DNA of 64,000 nt from Octopus sinensis. Its lineage: Eukaryota. Where the stretch lies: the NCBI RefSeq assembly GCF_006345805.1, contig NC_043026.1, forward strand, positions 124,001-188,000, in the 5' to 3' direction. Each line of letters begins with the position of its first letter. Within the stretch, counting starts at the first letter, position 1. Positions 39,001 to 54,000 of the stretch are shown here, piece after piece. Below the pieces are notes generated by a model that was not told the origin of the DNA, did not search any database, and was given only the letters and a program-made list of their open reading frames with translations. A program made the position numbers and the translations under genes.

Positions 39001-42000
39001 TTGGAGATCTGATGTTGTTAGAGATCAGGTGCTGTTTGGAGATCTGATGTTGTTAGAGATCAGGTGCTGTTTGGAGATCTGATGTTGTTAGAGATCAGGT
39101 GCTGTTTGGAGATCTGATGTTGTTAGAGATCAGGTGCTGTTTGGAGATCTGATGTTGTTAGAGATCAGGTGCTGTTTGGAGATCTGATGTTGTTGGAGAT
39201 CAGGTGCTGTTTGGAGATCTGATGTTGTTAGAGATCAGGTGTTGTTTGGAGAGCTGATGTTGTTAGAGATCAGGTGCTGTTTGGAGATCTGATGTTTTGG
39301 AGATCAGGTGCTGTTTGGAGATCTGATGTTGTTGAGATCAGGTGCTGTTTGGAGATCTGATGTTGTTAGAGATCAGGTGCTGTTTGGAGATCAGATGTTG
39401 TTAGAGATCAGGTGTGTTTGGAGATCTGATGTTGTTAGAGATCAGGTCTTGTTTGGAGATCTCTGATGTTGTTAGAGATCAGGTGCTGTTGGAGATCTGA
39501 TGTTGTTAGAGATCAGGTGCTGTTTGGAGATCTGATGTTGTTAGAGATCAGGTGCTGTTTGGAGAGCTGATGTTGTTAGAGATCAGGTGCTGTTTGGAGA
39601 TCTGATGTTGTTAGAGATCAGGTGCTGTTTGGAGATCTGATGTTGTTAGAGATCAGGTGCTGTTTGGAGATCTGATGTTGTTAGAGATCAGGTGCTGTTT
39701 GGAGATCTGATGTTGTTAGAGATCAGGTGCTGTTTGGAGAGCTGATGTTGTTAGAGATCAGGTGCTGTTTGGAGATCTGATGTTGTTGGAGATCAGGTGC
39801 TGTTTGGAGATCTGATGTTGTTGAGATCAGGTGCTGTTTGGAGATCTGATGTTGTTAGAGATCAGGTGCTGTTTGGAGATCTAATGTTGTTAGAGATCAG
39901 GTGCTGTTTGGAGATCTGATGTTGTTGAGATCAGGTGCTGTTTGGAGATCTGATGTTGTTAGAGATCAGGTGCTGTTTGGAGATCTGATGTGTTAGAGAT
40001 CAGGGTTGTGTTGGAGATCTGATGTTGTTAGAGATCAGGTGCTGTTTGGAGATCAGATGTTGTTAGAGATCAGGTGCTGTTTGGAGATCTGATGTTGTTA
40101 GAGATCAGGTGCTGTTTGGAGATCTGATGTTGTTAGAGATCAGGTGCTGTTTGGAGATCTGATGTTGTTAGAGATCAGGTGCTGTTTGGAGATCTGATGT
40201 TGTTAGAGATCAGGTGTGTTTGGAGATCTGATGTTGTTAGAGATCAGGTGCTGTTTGGAGATCTGATGTTGTTAGAGATCAGGTGCTGTTTGGAGATCTG
40301 ATGTTGTTAGAGATCAGGTGTTTTGGAGAGCTGATGTTGTTAGAGATCAGGTGTGTTTGGAGAGCTGATGTTGTTAGAGATCAGGTGCTGTTTGGAGACT
40401 GATGTTGTTAGAGATCAGTGCTGTTTGGAGATCTGATGTTGTTAGAGATCAGGTGCTGTTTGGAGATCTGATGTTGTTAGAGATCAGGTGCTGTTTGGAG
40501 ATCTGATGTTGTTAGAGATCAGGTGCTGTTTGGAGATCTGATGTTGTTAGAGATCAGGTGCTGTTTGGAGATCTCATGTTGTTAGAGATCAGGTGCTGTT
40601 TGGAGATCTGATGTTGTTAGAGATCAGGTGCTGTTTGGAGATCTGATGTTGTTAGAGATCAGGTGCTGTTTTTGGAGATCTGATGTTGTTAGAGATCAGG
40701 TGCTGTTTGGAGATCAGATGTTGTTAGAGATCAGGTGCTGTTTGGAGATCTGATGTTGTTAGAGATCAGGTGCTGTTTGGAGATCTGATGTTGTTAGAGA
40801 TCAGGTGCTGTTTGGAGATCTGATGTTGTTAGAGATCAGGTGCTGTTTGGAGATCTGATGTTGTTAGAGATCAGGTGCTGTTTGGAGATCTGATGTTGTT
40901 AGAGATCAGGTGCTGTTTGGAGATCTGATGTTGTTAGAGATCAGGTGCTGTTTGGAGATCTGATGTTGTTAGAGATCAGGTGCTGTTTGGAGATCTGATG
41001 TTGTTAGAGATCAGGTGCTGTTTGGAGATCTGATGTTGTTAGAGATCAGGTGCTGTTTGGAGATCTGATGTTGTTAGAGATCAGGTGCTGTTTGGAGAGC
41101 TGATGTTGTTAGAGATCAGGTGCTGTTTGGAGATCTGATGTTGTTAGAGATCAGGTGCTGTTTGGAGATCTGATGTTGTTAGAGATCAGGTGCTGTTTGG
41201 AGATCTGATGTTGTTAGAGATCAGGTGCTGTTTGGAGATCTGATGTTGTTAGAGATCAGGTGCTGTTTGGAGATCTGATGTTGTTAGAGATCAGGTGCTG
41301 TTTGGAGATCTGATGTTGTTGGAGATCAGGTGCTGTTTGGAGATCTGATGTTGTTGAGATCAGGTGCTGTTTGGAGATCTGATGTTGTTAGAGATCAGGT
41401 GCTGTTGGAGATCTGATGTTGTTAGAGATCAGGTGCTGTTTGGAGATCTGATGTTGTTAGAGATCAGGTGCTGTTTGGAGATCTGATGTTGTTAGAGATC
41501 AGGTGCTGTTTGGAGATCTGATGTTGTTAGAGATCAGGTGCTGTTTGGAGATCAGATGTTGTTAGAGATCAGGTGCTGTTTGGAGATCTGATGTTGTTAG
41601 AGATCAGGTGCTGTTTGGAGATCTGATGTTGTTAGAGATCAGGTGCGTTTGGAGAATCTGATGTTGTTAGAGATCAGGTGCTGTTTGGAGATCAGATGTT
41701 GTTAGAGATCAGGTGCTGTTTGGAGATCTGATGTTGTTAGAGATCAGGTGCTGTTTGGAGATCTGATGTTGTTAGAGATCAGGTGCTGTTGGAGATCTGA
41801 TGTTGTTAGAGATCAGGTGCTGTTTGGAGATCTGATGTTGTTAGAGATCAGGTGCTGTTTGGAGATCTGATGTTGTTAGAGATCAGGTGCTGTTTGGAGA
41901 TCTGATGTTGTTAGAGATCAGGTGCTGTTTGGAGATCTGATGTTGTTAGAGATCAGGTGCTGTTTGGAGATCTGATGTTGTTAGAGATCAGGTGCTGTTT

Positions 42001-45000
42001 GGAGATCTGATGTTGTTAGAGATCAGGTGCTGTTTGGAGATCTGATGTTGTTAGAGATCAGGTGCTGTTTGGAGATCTGATGTTGTTAGAGATCAGGTGC
42101 TGTTTGGAGATCTGATGTTGTTAGAGATCAGGTGCTGTTTGGAGATCTGATGTTGTTAGAGATCAGGTGCTGTTTGGAGATCTGATGTTGTTAGAGATCA
42201 GGTGCTGTTTGGAGATCTGATGTTGTTGAGATCAGGTGCTGTTTGGAGATCTGATGTTGTTAGAGATCAGGTGCTGTTGGAGATCTGATGTTGTTAGAGA
42301 TCAGGTGCTGTTTGGAGATCTGATGTTGTTAGAGATCAGGTGTTGTTTGGAGATCTGATGTTGTGAGAGATCAGGTGCTGTTTGGAGATCTGATGTTGTT
42401 AGAGATCAGGTGCTGTTTGGAGATCAGCTGTTGTTAGAGATCAGGTGCTGTTTGGAGATCTGATGTTGTTAGAGATCAGGTGCTGTTTGGAGATCTCATG
42501 TTGTTAGAGATCAGGTGCTGTTTGGAGATCAGATGTTGTTAGAGATCAGGTGCTGTTTGGGATCTGATGTGGTAGAGATCAGGTGCTGTTTGGAGATCTC
42601 ATCTCATGTTGTTAGAGATCAGGTGCTGTTTGGAGATCAGATGTTGTTAGAGATCAGGTGCTGTTTGGAGATCTGATGTTGTTAGAGATCAGGTGCTGTT
42701 TGGAGATCTGATGTTGTTAGAGATCAGGTGCTGTTTGGAGATCTGATGTTTTGTAGAGATCAGGTGCTGTTTGGAGATCTGATGTTGTTAGAGATCAGGT
42801 GCTGTTTGGAGATCTGATGTTGTTAGAGATCAGGTGCTGTTTGGAGATCTGATGTTTGTTAGAGATCAGGTGCTGTTTGGAGATCTGATGTTGTTAGAGA
42901 TCAGGTGCTGTTTGGAGATCTGGTGTTGTTAGAGATCAGGTGCTGTTTGGAGATCTGATGTTGTTGAGATCAGGTGCTGTTTGGAGATCTGATGTTGTTA
43001 GAGATCAGGTGTGTTTGGAGATCTGATGTTGTTAGAGATCAGGTGCTGTTTGGAGAGCTAATGTTGTTAGAGATCAGGTACTGTTTGGAGATCTGATGTT
43101 GTTGGAGATCAGGTGCTGTTTGGAGATCTGATGTTGTTGAAGATCAGGTGCTGTTTGGAGATCTGATGTTGTTAGAGATCAGGTGCTGTTTGGAGATCTC
43201 ATGTTGTTAGAGATCAGGTGCTGTTTGGAGATCAGATGTTGTTAGAGATCAGGTGCTGTTTGGAGATCTGATGTTGTTAGAGATCAGAGCTGTTTGGAGA
43301 TCTGATGTTGTTAGAGATCAGGTGTGTTTGGAGATCAGATGTTGTTAGAGATCAGGTGCTGTTTGGAGATCTGATGTTGTTAGAGATCAGGTGCTGTTTG
43401 GAGATCTGATGTTGTTAGAGATCAGGTGCTGTTGGGAGATCTGATGTTGTTAGAGATCAGGTGCTGTTTGGAGATCTGATGTTGTTAGAGATCAGTGCTG
43501 TTTGGGGATCTGATGTTGTTAGAGATCAGGTGATGTTTGGAGAGCTGATGTTGTTACAGATCAGGTGCTGTTGGAGATCTGATGTTTTTAGAGATCAGGT
43601 GCTGTTTGGAGAGTGATGTTGTTAGAGATCAGGTGCTGTTTGGAGTTCTGATGTTGTTAGAGATCAGGTGCTGTTTGGAGATTTGATGTTGTTACAGATC
43701 AGTTGCTGTTTGGAGATCTGATGTTGTTAGAGATCAGGTGTTGTTTGGAGATCTCATGTTGTTAGAGATCAGGTGCTGTTTGGAGATCAGATGTTGTTAG
43801 AGATCAGGTGCTGTTTGGAGATCTGATGTTGTTAGAGATCAGGTGCTGTTGGAGATCTCATCTCATGTTGTAGAGATCAGGTGCTGTTTGGAGATCAGAT
43901 GTTGTTAGAGATCAGGTGCTGTTTGGAGATCTGATGTTGTTAGAGATCAGGTGTTGTTTGGAGATCTGATGTTGTTAGAGATCAGGTGTTGTTTGGAGAT
44001 CGATGTTGTTAGAGATCAGGTGCTGTTTGGAGATCTGATGTTGTTAGAGATCAGGTGCTGTTTGGAGATCTGATGTTGTTAGAGATCAGGTGCTGTTTGG
44101 AGATCTGATGTTGTTAGAGATCAGGTGCTGTTTGGAGATCTGATGTTGTTAGAGATCAGGTGCTGTTTGGAGATCTCATGTTGTTAGAGATCAGGTGCTG
44201 TTTGGAGAGCTGATGTTGTTAGAGATCAGGTGCTGTTTGGAGATCTGATGTTGTTAGAGATCAGGTGCTGTTTGGAGAGCTGATGTTGTTAGAGATCAGG
44301 TGCTGTTTGGGAGATCTGATGTTGTTAGAGATCAGGTGTTGTTTGGAGAGATTGATGTTGTTAGAGATCAGGTGCTGTTTGGAGAGCTGATGTTGTTAGA
44401 GATCAGGTGCTGTTTGGAGATCTGATGTTGTTAGAGAGGTGCTGTTTGGAGATCTGATGTTGTTAGAGATCAGTGCTGTTTGGAGATCTGATGTTGTTGG
44501 AGATCAGGTGCTGTTTGGAGATCTGATGTTGTTAGAGATCAGGTGTTGTTTGGAGAGCTGATGTTGTTAGAGATCAGGTGCTGTTTTGGAGAGCTGATGT
44601 GTTAGAGATCAGGTGCGTTTGGAGATCTGATGTTGTTGGAGATCAGGTGCTGTTTGGAGATCTGATGTTGTTGAAGATCAGGTGCTGTTTGGAGATCTGA
44701 TGTGTTAGAGATCAGGTGCTGTTTGGAGATCAGATGTTGTTAGAGATCAGGTGCTGTTTGGAGATCTGATGTTGTTAGAGATCAGGTGCTGTTTGGAGAG
44801 CTGATGTTGTTAGAGATCAGGTGCTGTTTGGAGATCTCATCTCATGTTGTTAGAGATCAGGTGCTGTTTGGAGATCAGATGTTGTTAGAGATCAGGTGCT
44901 GTTTGGAGATCTGATGTTGTTAGAGATCAGGTGCTGTTTGGAGATCTGATGTTGTTAGAGATCAGGTGTTGTTTGGAGATCAGATGTTGTTAGAGATCAG

Positions 45001-48000
45001 GTGTTGTTGGAGATCTCATGTTGTTAGAGATCAGGTGCTGTTTGGAGATCAGATGTTGTTAGAGATCAGGTGCTGTTTGGAGATCTGATGTTGTTAGAGA
45101 TCAGGTGCTGTTTGGAGAGATCTCATGTTGTTAGAGATCAGGTGCTGTTTGGAGATCTGATTTGTTAGAGATCAGGTGCTGTTTGGAGATCTGATGTTGT
45201 TAGAGATCAGGTGCTGTTTGGAGATCTGATGTTGTTGGAGATCAGGTGCTGTTTGGAGATCTGATGTTGTTAGAGATCAGGTGTTGTTTGGAGAGTGATG
45301 TTGTAGAGATCAGGTACTGTTTGGAGATCTGATGTTGTTGGAGATCAGGTGCTGTTTGGAGATCTGATGTTGTTGAAGATCAGGTGCTGTTTGGAGATCT
45401 GATGTTGTTAGAGATCAGGTGCTGTTTGGAGATCTGCTGTTGTTAGAGATCAGGTGTTGTTTGGAGATCTGATGTTGTTAGAGATCAGGTGTTGTTTGGA
45501 GATCTCATGTTGTTAGAGATCAGGTGCTGTTTGGAGATCAGATGTTGTTAGAGATCAGGTGCTGTTTGGGGATCTGATGTTGTTAGAGATCAGGTGCTGT
45601 TTGGAGATCTCATCTCATGTTGTTAGAGATCAGGTGCTGTTTGGAGATCAGATGTTGTTAGAGATCAGGTGCTGTTTGGAGATCTGATGTTGTTAGAGAT
45701 CAGGTGCTGTTTGGAGATCTGATGTTGTTAGAGATCAGGTGCTGTTTGGAGAGCTGATGTTGTTAGAGATCAGGTGCTGTTTGGAGATCTGATGTTGTTA
45801 GAGATCAGGTGCTGTTTGGAGATCTGATGTTGTTAGAGATCAGGTGCTGTTTGGAGAGCTGATGTTGTTAGAGATCAGGTGCTGTTTGGAGATCTGATGT
45901 TGTTAGAGATCAGGTGCTGTTTGGAGATCTGATGTTGTTAGAGATCAGGTGCTGTTTGGAGATCTGATGTTGTTAGAGATCAGGTGCTGTTTGGAGATCT
46001 GATGTTGTTAGAGATCAGGTGCTGTTTGGAGCTCTGATGTTGTTAGAGATCAGGTGCTGTTTGGAGATCTGATGTTGTTAGAGATCAGGTGCTGTTTGGA
46101 GACTGATGTTGTTAGAGATCAGGTGCTGTTTGGAGATCTGATGTTGTTAGAGATCAGGTGCTGTTTGGAGATCTGATGTTGTTAGAGATCAGGTGCTGTT
46201 TGGAGATCTGATGTTGTTAGAGATCAGGTGCTGTTTGGAGATCTGATGTTGTTAGAGATCAGGTGCTGTTTGGAGATCTGATGTTGTTAGAGATCAGATG
46301 CTGTTTGGAGATCTGATGTTGTTGGAGATCAGGTGCTGTTTGGAGATCTGATGTTGTTAGAGATCAGGTGTTGTTTGGAGAGCTGATGTTGTTAGAGATC
46401 AGGTGCTGTTTGGAGAGTGATGTTGTTAGAGATCAGGTGCTGTTTGGAGATCTGATGTTGTTAGAGATCAGGTGCTGTTTGGAGATCTGATGTTGTTGAA
46501 GATCAGGTGCTGTTTGGAGATCTGATGTTGTTAGAGATCAGGTGCTGTTTGGAGATCTGATGTTGTTAGAGATCAGGTGTTGTTTGGAGATCTGATGTTG
46601 TTAGAGATCAGGTGCTGTTTGGAGATCTGATGTTGTTAGAGATCAGGTGCTGTTTGGAGATCTCATCTCATGTTGTTAGAGATCAGGTGCTGTTTGGAGA
46701 TCAGATGTTGTTAGAGATCAGGTGCTGTTTGGAGATCTGATGTTGTTAGAGATCAGGTGCTGTTTGGAGATCTGATGTTGTTAGAGATCAGGTGTTGTTT
46801 GGAGATCAGATGTTGTTAGAGATCAGGTGCTGTTTGGAGATCTGATGTTGTTAGAGATCAGGTGCTGTTTGGAGATCTGATGTTGTTAGAGATCAGGTGC
46901 TGTTTGGAGATCTGATGTTGTTAGAGATCAGGTGCTGTTGGAGATCTGATGTTGTTAGAGATCAGGTGCTGTTTGGAGATCTGATGTTGTTAGAGATCAG
47001 GTGCTGTTTGGAGAGCTGATGTTGTTAGAGATCAGGTGCTGTTTGGAGATCTGATGTTGTTAGAGATCAGGTGCTGTTTGGAGATCTGATGTTGTTAGAG
47101 ATCAGGTGCTGTTTGGAGAGCTGATGTTGTTAGAGATCAGGTGCTGTTTGGAGATCTGATGTTGTTAGAGATCAGGTGCTGTTTGGAGATCTGATGTTGT
47201 TAGAGATCAGGTGCTGTTTGGAGATCTGATGTTGTTGGAGATCAGGTGCTGTTTGGAGATCTGATGTTGTTAGAGATCAGGTGTTGTTTGGAGAGCTGAT
47301 GTTGTTAGAGATCAGGTACTGTTTGGAGATCTGATGTTGTTGGAGATCAGGTGCTGTTTGGAGATCTGATGTTGTTGAAGATCAGGTGCTGTTTGGAGAT
47401 CTGATGTTGTTAGAGATTAGGTGCTGTTTGGAGATCAGCTGTTGTTAGAGATCAGGTGTTGTTTGGAGATCTGATGTTGTTAGAGATCAGGTGTTGTTTG
47501 GAGATCTCATGTTGTTAGAGATCAGGTGCTGTTTGGAGATCAGATGTTGTTAGAGATCAGGTGCTGTTTGGGATCTGATGTTGGTAGAGATCAGGTGCTG
47601 TTTGGAGATCTCATCTCATGTTGTTAGAGATCAGGTGCTGTTTCGAGATCAGATGTTGTTAGAGATCAGGTGCTGTTTGGAGATCTGATGTTGTTAGAGA
47701 TCAGGTGCTGTTTGGAGATCTGATGTTGTTAGAGATCAGGTGCTGTTTGGAGATCTGATGTTGTTAGAGATCAGGTGCTGTTTGGAGATCTGATGTTGTT
47801 AGAGATCAGGTGCAGTTTGGAGATCTGATGTTGTTAGAGATCAGGTGCTGTTTGGAGAGCTGATGTTGTTAGAGATCAGGTGCTGTTTGGAGATCTGATG
47901 TTGTTAGAGATCAGGTGCTGTTTGGAGATCTGGTGTTGTTAGAGATCAGGTGCTGTTTGGAGATCTGATGTTGTTGGAGATCAGGTGCTGTTTGGAGATC

Positions 48001-51000
48001 TGATGTTGTTAGAGATCAGGTGTTGTTTGGAGAGCTGATGTTGTTAGAGATCAGGTGCTGTTTGGAGAGCTAATGTTGTTAGAGATCAGGTACTGTTTGG
48101 AGATCTGATGTTGTTGGAGATCAGGTGCTGTTTGGAGATCTGATGTTGTTGAAGATCAGGTGCTGTTTGGAGATCTGATGTTGTTAGAGATCAGGTGCTG
48201 TTTGGAGATCTCATGTTGTTAGAGATCAGGTGCTGTTTGGAGATCAGATGTTGTTAGAGATCAGGTGCTGTTTGGAGATCTGATGTTGTTAGAGATCAGG
48301 AGCTGTTTGGAGATCTGATGTTGTTAGAGATCAGGTGTTGTTTGGAGATCAGATGTTGTTAGAGATCAGGTGCTGTTTGGAGATCTGATGTTGTTAGAGA
48401 TCAGGTGCTGTTTGGAGATCTGATGTTGTTAGAGATCAGGTGCTGTTTGGAGATCTGATGTTGTTAGAGATCAGGTGCTGTTTGGAGATCTGATGTTGTT
48501 AGAGATCAGGTGCTGTTTGGGATCTGATGTTGTTAGAGATCAGGTGATGTTTGGAGAGCTGATGTTGTTACAGATCAGGTGCTGTTTGGAGATCTGATGT
48601 TGTTAGAGATCAGGTGCTGTTTGGAGAGCTGATGTTGTTAGAGATCAGGTGCTGTTTGGAGTTCTGATGTTGTTAGAGATCAGGTGCTGTTTGGAGATTT
48701 GATGTTGTTACAGATCAGTTGCTGTTTGGAGATCTGATGTTGTTAGAGATCAGGTGTTTTTGGAGATCTCATGTTGTTAGAGATCAGGTGCTGTTTGGAG
48801 ATCAGATGTTGTTAGAGATCAGGTGCTGTTTGGAGATCTGATGTTGTTAGAGATCAGGTGCTGTTTGGAGATCTCATCTCATGTTGTTAGAGATCAGGTG
48901 CTGTTTGGAGATCAGATGTTGTTAGAGATCAGGTGCTGTTTGGAGATCTGATGTTGTTAGAGATCAGGTGTTGTTTGGAGATCTGATGTTGTTAGAGATC
49001 AGGTGTTGTTTGGAGATCAGATGTTGTTAGAGATCAGGTGCTGTTTGGAGATCTGATGTTGTTAGAGATCAGGTGCTGTTTGGAGATCTGATGTTGTTAG
49101 AGATCAGGTGCTGTTTGGAGATCTGATGTTGTTAGAGATCAGGTGCTGTTTGGAGATCTGATGTTGTTAGAGATCAGGTGCTGTTTGGAGATCTCATGTT
49201 GTTAGAGATCAGGTGCTGTTTGGAGAGCTGATGTTGTTAGAGATCAGGTGCTGTTTGGAGATCTGATGTTGTTAGAGATCAGGTGCTGTTTGGAGAGCTG
49301 ATGTTGTTAGAGATCAGGTGCTGTTTGGAGATCTGATGTTGTTAGAGATCAGGTGTTGTTTGGAGATTTGATGTTGTTAGAGATCAGGTGCTGTTTGGAG
49401 AGCTGATGTTGTTAGAGATCAGGTGCTGTTTGGAGATCTGATGTTGTTAGAGATCAGGTGCTGTTTGGAGATCTGATGTTGTTAGAGATCAGATGCTGTT
49501 TGGAGATCTGATGTTGTTGGAGATCAGGTGCTGTTTGGAGATCTGATGTTGTTAGAGATCAGGTGTTGTTTGGAGAGCTGATGTTGTTAGAGATCAGGTG
49601 CTGTTTGGAGAGCTGATGTTGTTAGAGATCAGGTACTGTTTGGAGATCTGATGTTGTTGGAGATCAGGTGCTGTTTGGAGATCTGATGTTGTTGAAGATC
49701 AGGTGCTGTTTGGAGATCTGATGTTGTTAGAGATCAGGTGCTGTTTGGAGATCAGATGTTGTTAGAGATCAGGTGTTGTTTGGAGATCTGATGTTGTTAG
49801 AGATCAGGTGCTGTTTGGAGAGCTGATGTTGTTAGAGATCAGGTGCTGTTTGGAGATCATCTCATGTTGTTAGAGATCAGGTGCTGTTTGGGGATCAGAT
49901 GTTGTTAGAGATCAGGTGCTGTTTGGAGATCTGATGTTGTTAGAGATCAGGTGCTGTTTGGAGATCTGATGTTGTTAGAGATCAGGTGTTGTTTGGAGAT
50001 CAGATGTTGTTAGAGATCAGGTGTTGTTTGGAGATCTGATGTTGTTAGAGATCAGGTGCTGTTTGGAGATCTGATGTTGTTAGAGATCAGGTGCTGTTTG
50101 GAGATCTGATGTTGTTAGAGATCAGGTGCTGTTTGGAGATCTCATCTCATGTTGTTAGAGATCAGGTGCTGTTTGGAGATCTGATGTTGTTAGAGATCAG
50201 GTGCTGTTTGGAGATCTGATGTTGTTAGAGATCAGGTGCTGTTTGGAGATCTGATGTTGTTGGAGATCAGGTGCTGTTTGGAGATCTGATGTTGTTAGAG
50301 ATCAGGTGTTGTTTGGAGAGCTGATGTTGTTAGAGATCAGGTGCTGTTTGGAGATCTGATGTTGTTGGAGATCAGGTGCTGTTTGGAGATCTGATGTTGT
50401 GAAGATCAGATGCTGTTTGGAGATCTGATGTTGTTAGAGATTAGGTGCTGTTTGGAGATCAGCTGTTGGTAGAGATCAGGTGTTGTTTGGAGATCTGATG
50501 TTGTTAGAGATCAGGTGTTGTTTGGAGATCTCATGTTGTTAGAGATCAGGTGCTGTTTGGAGATCAGATGTTGTTAGAGATCAGGTGCTGTTTGGAGATC
50601 TGATGTTGTAGAGATCAGGTGCTGTTTGGAGATCTCATCTCATGTTGTTAGAGATCAGGTGCTGTTTGGAGATCAGATGTTGTTAGAGATCAGGTGCTGT
50701 TTGGAGATCTGATGTTGTTAGAGATCAGGTGCTGTTTGGAGATCTGATGTTGTTAGAGATCAGGTGCTGTTTGGAGAGCTGATGTTGTTAGAGATCAGGT
50801 GCTGTTTGGAGATCTGATGTTGTTAGAGATCAGGTGCTGTTTGGAGATCTGATGTTGTTAGAGATCAGGTGCTGTTTGGAGAGCTGATGTTGTTAGAGAT
50901 CAGGTGCTGTTTGGAGATCTGATGTTGTTAGAGATCAGGTGCTGTTTGGAGATCTGATGTTGTTAGAGATCAGGTGCTGTTTGGAGATCTGATGTTGTTG

Positions 51001-54000
51001 GAGATCAGGTGCTGTTTGGAGATCTGATGTTGTTAGAGATCAGGTGTTGTTTGGAGAGCTGATGTTGTTAGAGATCAGGTGCTGTTTGGAGAGCTGATGT
51101 TGTTAGAGATCAGGTGCTGTTTGGAGATCTGATGTTGTTAGAGATCAGGTGCTGTTTGGAGATCTGATGTTGTTGAAGATCAGGTGCTGTTTGGAGATCT
51201 GATGTTGTTAGAGATCAGGTGCTGTTTGGAGATCAGATGTTGTTAGAGATCAGGTGCTGTTTGGAGATCTGATGTTGTTAGAGATCAGGTGCTGTTTGGA
51301 GATCTGATGTTGTTAGAGATCAGGTGCTGTTTGGAGATCTGATGTTGTTAGAGATCAGGTGCTGTTTGGAGATCTGATGTTGTTAGAGATCAGGTGCTGT
51401 TTGGAGATCTGATGTTGTTAGAGATCAGGTGCTGTTTGGAGATCAGATGTTGTTAGAGATCAGGTGTTGTTTGGAGATCTGATGTTGTTAGAGATCAGGT
51501 GCTGTTTGGAGAGCTGATGTTGTTAGAGATCAGGTGCTGTTTGGAGATCTCATCTCATGTTGTTAGAGATCAGGTGCTGTTTGGGGATCAGATGTTGTTA
51601 GAGATCAGGTGCTGTTTGGAGATCTGATGTTGTTAGAGATCAGGTGCTGTTTGGAGATCTGATGTTGTTAGAGATCAGGTGTTGTTTGGAGATCAGATGT
51701 TGTTAGAGATCAGGTGTTGTTTGGAGATCTCATGTTGTTAGAGATCAGGTGCTGTTTGGAGATCAGATGTTGTTAGAGATCAGGTGCTGTTTGGAGATCT
51801 GATGTTGTTAGAGATCAGGTGCTGTTTGGAGATCTCATCTCATGTTGTTAGAGATCAGGTGCTGTTTGGAGATCTGATGTTGTTAGAGATCAGGTGCTGT
51901 TTGGAGATCTGATGTTGTTAGAGATCAGGTGCTGTTTGGAGATCTGATGTTGTTGGAGATCAGGTGCTGTTTGGAGATCTGATGTTGTTAGAGATCAGGT
52001 GTTGTTTGGAGAGCTGATGTTGTTAGAGATCAGGTACTGTTTGGAGATCTGATGTTGTTGGAGATCAGGTGCTGTTTGGAGATCTGATGTTGTTGAAGAT
52101 CAGATGCTGTTTGGAGATCTGATGTTGTTAGAGATCAGGTGCTGTTTGGAGATCTGTTGGTAGAGATCAGGTGTTGTTTGGAGATCTGATGTTGTTAGAG
52201 ATCAGGTGTTGTTTGGAGATCTCATGTTGTTAGAGATCAGGTGCTGTTTGGAGATCAGATGTTGTTAGAGATCAGGTGCTGTTTGGGGATCTGATGTTGT
52301 TAGAGATCAGGTGCTGTTTGGAGATCTCATCTCATGTTGTTAGAGATCAGGTGCTGTTTCGAGATCTGATGTTGTTAGAGATCAGGTGCTGTTTGGAGAT
52401 CTGATGTTGTTAGAGATCAGGTGCTGTTTGGAGATCTGATGTTGTTAGAGATCAGGTGCTGTTTGGAGAGCTGATGTTGTTAGAGATCAGGTGCTGTTTG
52501 GAGATCTGATGTTGTTAGAGATCAGGTGCTGTTTGGAGATCTGATGTTGTTAGAGATCAGGTGCTGTTTGGAGATCTGATGTTGTTAGAGATCAGGTGCT
52601 GTTTGGAGATCTGATGTTGTTAGAGATCAGGTGCTGTTTGGAGATCTGATGTTGTTAGAGATCAGGTGCTGTTTGGAGATCTGATGTTGTTGGAGATCAG
52701 GTGCTGTTTGGAGATCTGATGTTGTTAGAGATCAGGTGCTGTTTGGAGATCTGATGTTGTTAGAGATCAGGTGCTGTTTGGAGAGCTAATGTTGTTAGAG
52801 ATCAGGTACTGTTTGGAGATCTGATGTTGTTGGAGATCAGGTGCTGTTTGGAGATCTGATGTTGTTGAAGATCAGGTGCTGTTTGGAGATCTGATGTTGT
52901 TAGAGATCAGGTGTTGTTTGGAGATCAGATGTTGTTAGAGATCAGGTGCTGTTTGGAGATCTGATGTTGTTAGAGATCAGGTGCTGTTTGGAGATCTGAT
53001 GTTGTTAGAGATCAGGTGCTGTTTGGAGATCTGATGTTGTTAGAGATCAGGTGCTGTTTGGAGATCTGATGTTGTTAGAGATCAGGTGCTGTTTGGAGAT
53101 CTGATGTTGTTAGAGATCAGGTGATGTTTGGAGAGCTGATGTTGTTACAGATCAGGTGCTGTTTGGAGATCTGATGTTGTTAGAGATCAGGTGCTGTTTG
53201 GAGATCTGATGTTGTTAGAGATCAGGTGCTGTTTGGAGATCTGATGTTGTTAGAGATCAGGTGCTGTTTGGAGATCTGATGTTGTTACAGATCAGTTGCT
53301 GTTTGGAGATCTGATGTTGTTAGAGATCAGGTGTGTTTGGAGATCTCATGTTGTTAGAGATCAGGTGCTGTTTGGAGATCAGATGTTGTTAGAGATCAGG
53401 TGCTGTTTGGAGATCTGATGTTGTTAGAGATCAGGTGCTGTTTGGAGATCTCATCTCATGTTGTTAGAGATCAGGTGCTGTTTGGAGATCAGATGTTGTT
53501 AGAGATCAGGTGCTGTTTGGAGATCTGATGTTGTTAGAGATCAGGTGCTGTTTGGAGATCTGATGTTGTTAGAGATCAGGTGTTGTTTGGAGATCAGATG
53601 TTGTTAGAGATCAGGTGCTGTTTGGAGATCTGATGTTGTTAGAGATCAGGTGCTGTTTGGAGATCTGATGTTGTTAGAGATCAGGTGCTGTTTGGAGATC
53701 TGATGTTGTTAGAGATCAGGTGCTGTTTGGAGATCTGATGTTGTTAGAGATCAGGTGCTGTTTGGAGATCTCATGTTGTTAGAGATCAGGTGCTGTTTGG
53801 AGAGCTGATGTTGTTAGAGATCAGGTGCTGTTTGGAGATCTGATGTTGTTAGAGATCAGGTGCTGTTTGGAGATCTGATGTTGTTAGAGATCAGGTGCTG
53901 TTTGGAGATCTGATGTTGTTAGAGATCAGGTGCTGTTTGGAGATCTGATGTTGTTAGAGATCAGGTGCTGTTTGGAGATCTGATGTTGTTAGAGATCAGG

